The notes beneath the pieces are model-generated. The model saw only the letters and a list, made by a program, of their open reading frames with translations. It was not told the origin of the DNA and did not search any database. 64,000 bases of DNA, taken from positions 1,567,465 through 1,631,464 of the forward strand of contig CP070761.1 of the NCBI GenBank assembly GCA_020348985.1, written 5' to 3'. The stretch is from Candidatus Thorarchaeota archaeon. Its GTDB lineage: Archaea > Asgardarchaeota > Thorarchaeia > Thorarchaeales > Thorarchaeaceae. Position numbers and translations under genes: made by a program. This document shows, piece after piece, positions 38,695-48,200 of the stretch; the stretch's first letter is position 1; every line of letters begins with the position of its first letter.

Positions 38695-41600
38695 TCATGA
38701 GCTGTCCAGCAACTGGTCGACGATGTCCATCCTCATCTTGTATCCAGGTTTCCGCTTCTTCCTCCCGACCACAACAATGACTGCGACGAATCCTATACCT
38801 CCAAGCAGAAGCGCAAGCATGAAGTAGTCAGGCGGAGCAACGTCGATTGCGATTAGCTGGCCAGAAACTCCGAACAGCGAAAGGTGAGTGACTTGTGCCC
38901 ATATACAGCCTGCATAACTCTCACCATATATCTCAACATTTGTGGTGTTCTGACCGAGTGAGATTACCCAGTCCAGGTCCTCTGAGAGCTTGATCCATTG
39001 TTCATCTTCAGTATCGTAGTAGTAGATGCTCAATGAGGTTTCGTTTATGTCGCCCAAGTCACCTAGCTGTCCATCATTAGTAAGGTCAAGGTCAGAGACT
39101 CTGTAATAGATTTGAATCAGAGCAGACTCGAAGACATCTTGAGCTGTATCGTATAGAGTGATAGTCACATCCAGATACTTGTGCAAGGACACTTCACCCT
39201 CAACTAGACCCGTGGAATATACCAACTCGTGTGGTGTTGTGGATGCATCATACTTCACTATCTGAACACTTGGTCTAGCAAGTCCACTTAGTTGGACCAA
39301 GAGAGTAGCATCTAGTGTTTTTAGAGTGTCAATCTCGTTAATCAAGAAACTATAATGATACGTTTCATTATCAGTGATTACGGACTTTTGATAGTCCAAC
39401 GCTATCATATTGGGTAGTATCGTGAAGTTTCTACCTCTTAGGATTTGCAAAACTGAGTAGACATCCTCTGGGAATGCTTGAGAGAGCATTACTACTGTCT
39501 GGGGATTTGACCAAACACCATATCTCGTAGCTATCTCATGAGAATCGGGTTCCATCATATCGGTCAGAACACTGCCAGTATCACCTAGAAGATCGTAGAC
39601 CAATCCTCCTACTGTAGAACTCTCAGACTCCGGCCTGCCAATAAGGACAATGTATTGTGAGTCACTATAGAGCGAAGTTAGGTCACCAATTGAAACAATG
39701 GTTACGTCTGCATAATCTCTGAGTTTTTCTGCAAACAGGATTGTGTCATTGTAGTCCTCTGGGTCATGTGCGAGAATTATCGGACCCCTCCAGGGGCTAA
39801 ATGTGTCAGGATCCTCATTATCAGGAACACCATCGAAATCTGAATCAACATTCCATGGATTGCTGCCCCATTCCAACTCGACACCATCCAGAATACCATC
39901 CCCGTCTGTATCATTGTTCAATGCATCTAACCAATAGGCGACCTCAAGACTGTCTGATACGCCATCACTATCAGAATCACTGTTTAGGGGATTGGTGCCA
40001 ATGAACCATTCATAACTGTCACTTAGTCCATCACTATCGCTATCTCCCCCTAGAGGATTCGTACTCCTGCTGTATTCATCTCCATCCAGAGAAAGGTCAC
40101 CATCAGAATCTGCATGAAGTAGACTAGTGTTGTACTGGTACTCTAAAGCATCACTTGCGCCATCATAGTCGCTGTCAGCGCTGAGAGGATTTGAATTAAG
40201 CAGAAACTCCTCTAAGTCTGATAGAGTATCAAAATCTGAATCCGCCATTGCTGGGTTACTCCCAAAGGTCATTTCTAACCCATCACCCAGGCTGTCACCA
40301 TCTGAATCCCAGAGTGTCAAGCTAGATCCAGATGATGATTGCATGTAAGAAGCACTTAGTGTCGATGGTGCGAGGTGCGGACTAAACGTAGGCGGGATAT
40401 ATGTTTCACCGGGATTGTTTGCTTTCCACCATTCTTGGTGGTCAGAAACGCCATCCAAATCTGTATCTGAAGTGCTAGGATTGGACCCAAGTGAGAATTC
40501 AAGGAAATCATCCAGACCATCTAGGTCCGAGTCATTCATCAAATGGTTGCTGTGCACTCTGAAGGTTTCTTGTCCGTGAGTGAAGTTGACAGAGATAACC
40601 CAACCATCGATTTCCTGAATGTTTGTCAATCCATCGTTGTCCCAATCTGGATTCGTATCTAGTAGTAGTTCAGACGACAAAGTAACATTTTGCGAGAACT
40701 TCCAAATCCTTGAGGTTGATGGAGTACCAAGATCAATCCAATCCAAGACATAGATACTCTTGTCAGGAGCTACCGCCAACTGATGGGTCTCACTACCAAG
40801 AACATATGTTCCAGTTGTGAAATTCGTTATTCCATTTCCGTAGAACCGAAATGCAGTATCCTCAACTCCATTCGGATAGAATTTCTGGACACACATTCCA
40901 TCTGAGAGTTCACCTAGAACATACACGTAACCATCTGAGTCCACATCGACATCAAGAATTGAAACGTAGTTCTCAGACAGTGTGCCTAGGAATGCGCCAT
41001 CCGAGAGTCTCATCTTGATGACTCTATCCGGTTTACTATAGGAGAAATGCCTATCACATAGATAGACAATACCGTATTTCTCGTCTACTGCCATGCTTGT
41101 AATCCAATCAGTTTCATCATCTGCTGGACCTCTATTGCCATACGTCGCCAAAACAGAACCATCAGAGCCGTATTTTCGAAATCCACCTATCTGGTCATCC
41201 CCTGTATCTCTCACTGCTGCATAGATAACTCCATCATCACCAAAATCAAGATCCGTTATGTTCTTGTTGAGTATTGGACTCCAGCTCCCAGGATTCGTTA
41301 TTGTACCATTCAAGTTGAATCTGAAAATAGGACTGCTGAATAGCGGACTAACCTGAGTGTAAAGCCAGTCATTTGAGTCATCTACAGCCATTGCCACAAG
41401 TCGAGCGCCAGAAGGTAGAAAGGTCATGTTGTTGAAGACTGACTCTTGTGGAAGAGTAACCCGCGTGAGATTTGAATCATACTTCCGAATTGTGTTGTTA
41501 CCACTAACTGAGTCTAGTATTCCGTTTGCATATACATAGCCATACTCGTCCACACAAATGTCGCTTATCTTGTTGTTAGTTCCGTCCATTGTCCAGTCAA

Positions 41601-44600
41601 CGAACTTGCCCTCATAGTATACTCCTGATCCGTACCAAACATATGCTGAATCAAGAATCCCATCTCCATTGGTGTCATTTGATCTTGGGTTCGTATTACT
41701 TTCGTACTCTGTAAAGTCATCAAGACCATCTCCATCTGTTTCATTAAGGAGCGGATTCGAAGTCACATGAGTGGAGAAGGGAAGAGAAGTATTACCCATG
41801 TAATCGAAGCTTATAATCCAACCAGTGATTTCTAGATAGTCGCTTAACCCATCTTGATCTGTATCGATATTATTTGGATCTGTGCCACAGACTAGTTCGA
41901 ATTTGTCGTTCAACTTGTCATTGTCTGTATCGATACTTGCTGGATCAGTTCCAATTTCAATCTCATATTTATCATTGAGTCCATCTGAGTCGGTGTCGTA
42001 TCTCCATATGTTAGAGACTCCCATAGATGCTTCTCTGGTGTTGTTAAGTCCATCAACATCAAAGTCGTTCGCAATAAGACCCCATTTGAGAAACTCGTCA
42101 AAGGAAGCAGGAAACACATCAAAGTAGATTTGAGTCAGGAAAGGGGAATACGCCGAGGAATAACTAGGAAGAACTGAGATAGTTGGATCATAATGCCAAC
42201 AATCCCAAGTGTCGAGCCATTCGTGATACCAGACACTCCAAGTTTTGTAGAAGGAGTACAATCCGATTGTAACTGGGTAATTTGCCATAGCTATGGGTGC
42301 GCCAATGCTCTGAGTCTGAGACCACTCTTGTTGAATCCAAGCAGGATTACTTTGCGTAGCAGTCCCTAAATATGTCCAAATCGGATCCAGATCTGGCCAT
42401 GTCGGCATGTACGTCTGAATATTAGTTGTGTTGTGAGCAAAATTAAACGCCTGCCAATAGAAGTGATTTAGATCGCTAGTGGCAATCCAAAAATGAGGCA
42501 TGCACCAACTATCCAGAAAATACGTGTTGAGATATGTGCCATATGCACTTATTCGTCCTAGTAGTCTACATGTTAAGAGAATTCCGTCACCAGCCGTCAG
42601 ACCATTGTTCTCGAAATCCATGAAGGTTGGATCTATGTCCAGAATTCTGCTAGACGGCCACATCGCAACAATTTGGTGAGGGCGTCCATAAATAGCGTTG
42701 ATGAAGAACTCCTTGATTGCATCACTCACACCGATATTGTCCTTTCCACACCATCCTAGGATCTCATCGATCAACATGAAAATTCCAGCCAAACCAAACG
42801 TGAAGAACGTAGCCCAGGTGGTCAACAATGGTGCGATGATAACATCCCAAAGAAAGGTAACAATACCCCATATTGCTCCATACTCTTGTCCGCCGGCTCC
42901 ACCGATAGCATCTGCGATTTCCCAAGCGGCCCAGATTGTTAATCCAAGAGCGATTGCAGCAACAACTATCTCAATAATAACATCGAATTTGCCAATCTTA
43001 CTCACCCAACCTGACGCTTTGCTCGCACCTTTTGCCACCTTCGCCATTTGATGTAGAGTTCTCACTCTATGGAATTTCCTACCAGCTTCTGTGAATGAAT
43101 CGAAAATGCGCTGCAAACCGCGGAAATAAGAAGGAACATCTGGCAGAAGCAAGAAGGACTCAATACCTAAATCCACCCATTGTCCAACATTTTGCGAGAC
43201 GAATTCCATGTCTGATATTCGATCTATTGGGAATCCTCGTGGGGTTCCGTCGACTACTGTCGCACTCCGTTCAGTAGAAAACCACATCAGCGTCATTGTG
43301 ACTATCCAATACGTGACTTCATCATCTAGACCCCAACTAACAATATGGTCAACGATTTCAGTTATAGAAAGTGCTTCATAGCTGGTCGTGTTATAGTAAT
43401 TCATCTTCAGTGTCTTCATGACGGATGGGGCAAGGCTTGTCAGATCTATACTACTGTGACCATCCGTTCCGAATGAAACACCTGACATGTCTACAACTCT
43501 TGAATGGTCCTCAATAATCACAGTAATAGGAAGAATCATGTCCTGAGATATTGAACTCAATGCAGAGGGTAACATATCACTACCCAGCGAAGATAACGCG
43601 TCGAATTGAGATTGGAATGTCCTTACATCGCTTTCAACGGTTATATTGTTGTCCATGAGAAGTGGTTGCAGGTCTGAAACTGTGTTTGAAGAGTTTTTCA
43701 TGTAATAATAGTCAAACAGCAATGAAGCTCCAATCGTCATGTCAGTATTTGTGCTATTATAGAAGATACCAATTTCTGAACTTGTGCTCTCTTCCAATTT
43801 AAGTCCAGTAAATTTGAACGGTTCAGTGTAGGTGACCAGTTCAATCAGATTAGGAATCGGCTCAAGAGACTCTATTTCAAAGATAGATAATAGCGCAATA
43901 TCAGGAGTTGAAACTAGATTGCCCCTTCCATCCATTGCAACGTAGTTCCCCAAATAATCGGTCAAATAGCATGCCGGCCACCAGGCAATCCTTTGGTTGA
44001 ACGTTTCTCTCTCGCCGATTGTAGAGCTGTTGAAAAAGAGTGTACCATTGTCTGAAACTGATAGATAATTCCCATTAATCAGTTTTAGAGCAACCTCACT
44101 TTCTGATAGATAACACAACTGAAGAGCACCTTGAATTCCCTCACTAGCTGTAACTGATGCAACACCTTCGTTACCGACACTAAGATACTTCCAATTCTGC
44201 CTGAACAAGAGAGCATTGGGGATGAAGTCTGTATAGCCATGAACGCTCCACACTAATTCGGTCTGGAATGTGACACTCGTTGAAGCTAGACCTGGGTAGT
44301 AAACAATACCACTGAATGCTACAACTTCGCCATTGTCAATTACTGGAGAAAGACGGAGCCGCATTCCAGAAGAGGTTGGGACGATTCCTTGCTCTTGTAG
44401 AGCATCCTCACTTGGGATTGTGTCAGTAATAATCTCAAGATAGGGGATGAGGATTATGTCGTCTTTGGAATTGTCCAAGTCCGTCATTGTACTCTCGTTG
44501 TCCCAGTCTGGCCAATCCCAGGTCTGGTATAGTAACCTGAGATGCAATGGGTCCTCGGGTACAATCTGGAACTCCGCATAGAGCGGCATTGAGTTCGTGT

Positions 44601-45192
44601 TTACTACAATTGAAAACTTATCATTCACCTCTGAATACGCAAACGGTGAAACATCAAATGCATCGTTAACACCGTCGCCATCATTGTCAAAGTCCCATCC
44701 ATTCTTAATTCCATCATTGTCAGAATCCACATGTACTCCATCTGGAACGCCGTCACAGTCTGTATCAACTTCAAATGAATCACAAAGGCCATCATCATTT
44801 GAATCGGGATTGCGGGGGTCCAAGTCATTGTATACCTCAAAATCGTCAGTTAGGAGATCAACATCCGTATCATTGCTTTGTGGATTAGTGCCTATGACAG
44901 CTTCAACAAGGTCAGGTAATGAATCTGCATCAGAATCGGTAAGATTAGCAGCCGGAGTGACCTCAAGCAATGATATTACAAGTTCTTTGAGAGAACCTGG
45001 CGTTCGAGGAGGATCACCTTCAGCGACCCTTCTTACAAGTTGATTTGGATTCGTGATTACAGGGGGAGAATCACGGGAATCCCGGACTGGAATGTATTGA
45101 TTGTCTGTGGCCCGCTTGATATCACATCCAACGAACAAAAATATGAAAATCAAGCATGCAATGGCGAGCTTTAATCTTCTCAGGTCTCTCAC
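38695..45192 (-). CDS. Giant multidomain surface protein A (Ca-binding DxDxDG repeats, fascin-like insert, hydrophobic helical region, NHL propeller, GPS-like motif, TM anchor)
   Basis: 2165-aa ORF; signal peptide ending FVGC; many D-x-D-x-D-G-L-x-D-x-x-E repeats; NHL-like DICVDEYGYVY/MAVDEKYGIVY; VTHLSLF then TM. Confidence 0.85.
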   Translation of the reverse strand: MRDLRRLKLAIACLIFIFLFVGCDIKRATDNQYIPVRDSRDSPPVITNPNQLVRRVAEGDPPRTPGSLKELVISLLEVTPAANLTDSDADSLPDLVEAVIGTNPQSNDTDVDLLTDDFEVYNDLDPRNPDSNDDGLCDSFEVDTDCDGVPDGVHVDSDNDGIKNGWDFDNDGDGVNDAFDVSPFAYSEVNDKFSIVVNTNSMPLYAEFQIVPEDPLHLRLLYQTWDWPDWDNESTMTDLDNSKDDIILIPYLEIITDTIPSEDALQEQGIVPTSSGMRLRLSPVIDNGEVVAFSGIVYYPGLASTSVTFQTELVWSVHGYTDFIPNALLFRQNWKYLSVGNEGVASVTASEGIQGALQLCYLSESEVALKLINGNYLSVSDNGTLFFNSSTIGERETFNQRIAWWPACYLTDYLGNYVAMDGRGNLVSTPDIALLSIFEIESLEPIPNLIELVTYTEPFKFTGLKLEESTSSEIGIFYNSTNTDMTIGASLLFDYYYMKNSSNTVSDLQPLLMDNNITVESDVRTFQSQFDALSSLGSDMLPSALSSISQDMILPITVIIEDHSRVVDMSGVSFGTDGHSSIDLTSLAPSVMKTLKMNYYNTTSYEALSITEIVDHIVSWGLDDEVTYWIVTMTLMWFSTERSATVVDGTPRGFPIDRISDMEFVSQNVGQWVDLGIESFLLLPDVPSYFRGLQRIFDSFTEAGRKFHRVRTLHQMAKVAKGASKASGWVSKIGKFDVIIEIVVAAIALGLTIWAAWEIADAIGGAGGQEYGAIWGIVTFLWDVIIAPLLTTWATFFTFGLAGIFMLIDEILGWCGKDNIGVSDAIKEFFINAIYGRPHQIVAMWPSSRILDIDPTFMDFENNGLTAGDGILLTCRLLGRISAYGTYLNTYFLDSWCMPHFWIATSDLNHFYWQAFNFAHNTTNIQTYMPTWPDLDPIWTYLGTATQSNPAWIQQEWSQTQSIGAPIAMANYPVTIGLYSFYKTWSVWYHEWLDTWDCWHYDPTISVLPSYSSAYSPFLTQIYFDVFPASFDEFLKWGLIANDFDVDGLNNTREASMGVSNIWRYDTDSDGLNDKYEIEIGTDPASIDTDNDKLNDKFELVCGTDPNNIDTDQDGLSDYLEITGWIISFDYMGNTSLPFSTHVTSNPLLNETDGDGLDDFTEYESNTNPRSNDTNGDGILDSAYVWYGSGVYYEGKFVDWTMDGTNNKISDICVDEYGYVYANGILDSVSGNNTIRKYDSNLTRVTLPQESVFNNMTFLPSGARLVAMAVDDSNDWLYTQVSPLFSSPIFRFNLNGTITNPGSWSPILNKNITDLDFGDDGVIYAAVRDTGDDQIGGFRKYGSDGSVLATYGNRGPADDETDWITSMAVDEKYGIVYLCDRHFSYSKPDRVIKMRLSDGAFLGTLSENYVSILDVDVDSDGYVYVLGELSDGMCVQKFYPNGVEDTAFRFYGNGITNFTTGTYVLGSETHQLAVAPDKSIYVLDWIDLGTPSTSRIWKFSQNVTLSSELLLDTNPDWDNDGLTNIQEIDGWVISVNFTHGQETFRVHSNHLMNDSDLDGLDDFLEFSLGSNPSTSDTDLDGVSDHQEWWKANNPGETYIPPTFSPHLAPSTLSASYMQSSSGSSLTLWDSDGDSLGDGLEMTFGSNPAMADSDFDTLSDLEEFLLNSNPLSADSDYDGASDALEYQYNTSLLHADSDGDLSLDGDEYSRSTNPLGGDSDSDGLSDSYEWFIGTNPLNSDSDSDGVSDSLEVAYWLDALNNDTDGDGILDGVELEWGSNPWNVDSDFDGVPDNEDPDTFSPWRGPIILAHDPEDYNDTILFAEKLRDYADVTIVSIGDLTSLYSDSQYIVLIGRPESESSTVGGLVYDLLGDTGSVLTDMMEPDSHEIATRYGVWSNPQTVVMLSQAFPEDVYSVLQILRGRNFTILPNMIALDYQKSVITDNETYHYSFLINEIDTLKTLDATLLVQLSGLARPSVQIVKYDASTTPHELVYSTGLVEGEVSLHKYLDVTITLYDTAQDVFESALIQIYYRVSDLDLTNDGQLGDLGDINETSLSIYYYDTEDEQWIKLSEDLDWVISLGQNTTNVEIYGESYAGCIWAQVTHLSLFGVSGQLIAIDVAPPDYFMLALLLGGIGFVAVIVVVGRKKRKPGYKMRMDIVDQLLDSS

Positions 45193-45292
45193 CTACTATT
45201 TTCCATGAGTGAAAAGGGAACCACGCGAACGAGATGCGAGTAGCACCGCATCTTAAATCATCTTCGAATTTTTCAGCCATGCAGTGATGAGG

Positions 45293-48200
45293 TCATGAGC
45301 TGTCGAGCAGTTGGTCGACGATGTCCATCTTGACCTTACGTCCAATCGTTCGACCCTTCCTTCTCCTTGCTACCGCAACCACCGCTGCTAGTCCTGCCGC
45401 TCCAAATAGCAGCACATACAAAAGGTAATTAGGCGGCTCCACTGGGATTCCGATTAGCTGTCCTGCAACTGCGAATAGCGAGAGATGCGTTACTCGCGCC
45501 CAGACGAATCCTGCATATCTTTCTCCATAGAGCTCCACGTTTGTCGTGTTCTGGCCAAGGTCGACGACCCAGTCCAAGTCCTCTGAGAGCTTGATCCATT
45601 CACCAGCTGATGTATCATAGTAATACAGGCAAAGTGAGGTCTCATTTATGTCTCCCATGTCACCCAATTGGCTATCACCAGTGAGGTCAATGTCGGACTC
45701 TCTGTAGTAGATTATGATCCATGCGGAATCGAACACGTTGAAAGCCGTATCATACAGAGTCAGACCAACATCCAAATACCTGCCTAGAGATACATCGTTT
45801 TCTGCCAGACCCGTTGCATGTGTCAGCTGATTCGGAGTTGTGGTCTCATTGTATCGGCTGATTGCTATTGCAGGTCGGGCTCGCCCGCTAAGTACGATGA
45901 TCACTGACGCATCCGTTGCCTTGACCGTGTCAATTTCGTTGACAAGGGCGGCGTATGCTACGGTCTGATTATCAACTACTGCGTAGGAGTTGAATTCTAT
46001 CATGGTTCGATCAGACAGGATCGATAAATTCCATCCTCTCAGTATGGTGAGAACTGGATACACATCTGTGGAAAAGGCAGAGGACATGATGACAACTGTC
46101 TGTGGATCGTTCCAGTAGCCATATCTTGTTGCCACCTCGTGGGAGTTGTTCTCCATCATATCATCAAGAACGCTACCCGTGTCATCAAGCATGTCGTACG
46201 TAAGCCGTTCGAGACCGTAGCTGCTCGGATCAGGCCGACCTACGAGCACAATGTACTGGTGATCTGTATAGCCGTCAAGAAACTCCTGGAGTGTGACTAC
46301 GGTTACGTCGACGTGCTCGCTCAATTCTTGCACAAACTCGAGCGTGTGGGTTGTCGGATCTTCACCATAGACCAGAATGACTTGGCCATCCCATGTAGTG
46401 AATGTGTCAGGGTCGATGCTATCGGGGATGCCATCCCAGTCCGTATCGTTGCTTAGTGGATTGCTACCGTATTGCAATTCAAGCCCGTCTGGAATTCCGT
46501 CGAAATCTGTATCGTTGTTCAGCGGGTCCAGGAACAATGAAAGCTCCACGTCGTCATCAGCGCCATCTCCATCTGAATCAGCCAACGTTGGATTCAATGA
46601 CAAGAATAATTCAAACCCGTCTAGAAGATTATCTCCGTCGCTATCACCTTCACTCACATTGCTTCCCACGTGGTACTCCGTACCATCAAGACCGAGATCG
46701 CCATCTGAGTCCGGGTCAAGAAGGCTCGAGTTGCCATCGAATTCCTGACCGTCCAGAGCTCCATCTCCATCAGAGTCGTTGCTTCTCGGATTAGAATTCA
46801 GCAAGAACTCGGTCATATCTGAAAGACCATCTGCGTCAGAGTCAGGATTGACAGGAGAACTGCCGTAAGTGAGCTCAATGCTATCGCTAAGCAAGTCTCC
46901 GTCTGTATCCCACATGGTCAGATTGGGTCCAGCCGGAGTCCATTGCATGTGGTTCGAATAGATTGAAGAAGAAACGACGAAGGCACTCTGAATCGGTGGA
47001 ACATAGATTTCGCCTGGATGTGTTGTCAGCCACCACTCTTCGAAATCGGACACACCATCTTCGTCAGTATCGGGAGAACGAGGATTAGATCCCAGTGTAA
47101 ACTCCAGAGTATCGTTGAGTCCGTCGCAATCAGTGTCTTTCACCATCGGATCACTTGTGACATTGAAGGTTGTTCTTGCGCTAGCGAAGTCAACCGTGAT
47201 TTCCCAACCGTCCGTCTCCTGAATGTTGGTTAATCCGTCATCATCCCAGTCTGGATCGTTTTCGGGTATCACTTCTGAAGAATACTGGAAATTCTGCGAG
47301 AATCTCCAAATCCTTGATGTCGAGGGGTCTCCGGCACTGAGAAACGCGATAACGTAAATACTCCCGTCGGGCGATGTGCATAACCTATTTGCACCAGTGA
47401 GAGTGTGCGTGCCATTTCCATTGAATCGGAAATCCACATCTTCGAAGCCGCCAGGGGCATATCTTCTGACATGAGATCCGAGAGTAGAATCGGAAGACAT
47501 CGCATACAGATATCCACTATCATCAACCTCCAAATCTTGCATGTAGACACTGTATCCAAACTCTAGGATATTGACGTGGGACCCATCAGACATGTCCAAT
47601 ACATGCAGCCTGAAACCCTTAGAATATGATATTTCCTGGTCAAACACGTAGATGAGTCCATGCATCTCGTCTACTGCAATACCCCAAGGACTATCAAACT
47701 CCTCTGTGCCCGGACCGACTACGCCCCAAGAATTCAGGAGGGCTCCGCTTGAGTTATACTTCTTGACAATCGGAGTACTATATCCCAAATGATAGATATC
47801 CCCATTCTGACCGATAACAAATTGCTCTCCGCTAGCGGTGGAGATTGGAGTCCAGGAATCAGGGTTGATTGCTGAACCGTCCAAGTTGAACCTGTAGAGT
47901 GCATTGGTTGTAGAATACGCCTTGTGAATGTACATCCAATCATTGCTATCGTCAATACCAATGTACACAGGCATTTCGGAATTTGACCAGCACGTCAAGT
48001 TGACAAGATATGAACCGGTCGGCTGTTCAATAATGTTAAAGGATGGGTCATACTTTCTTACTGTTCCATTGTCGTTGGGCAATCCAAGGAATCCTGATGC
48101 ATACAGATATCCGTCTTCATCAGTACAGACGTCATACACATACTGCTGATGATGAGCAGTATAGTCAGGCATTATCCAGTCGATTGAGCCTTCATAGGCC

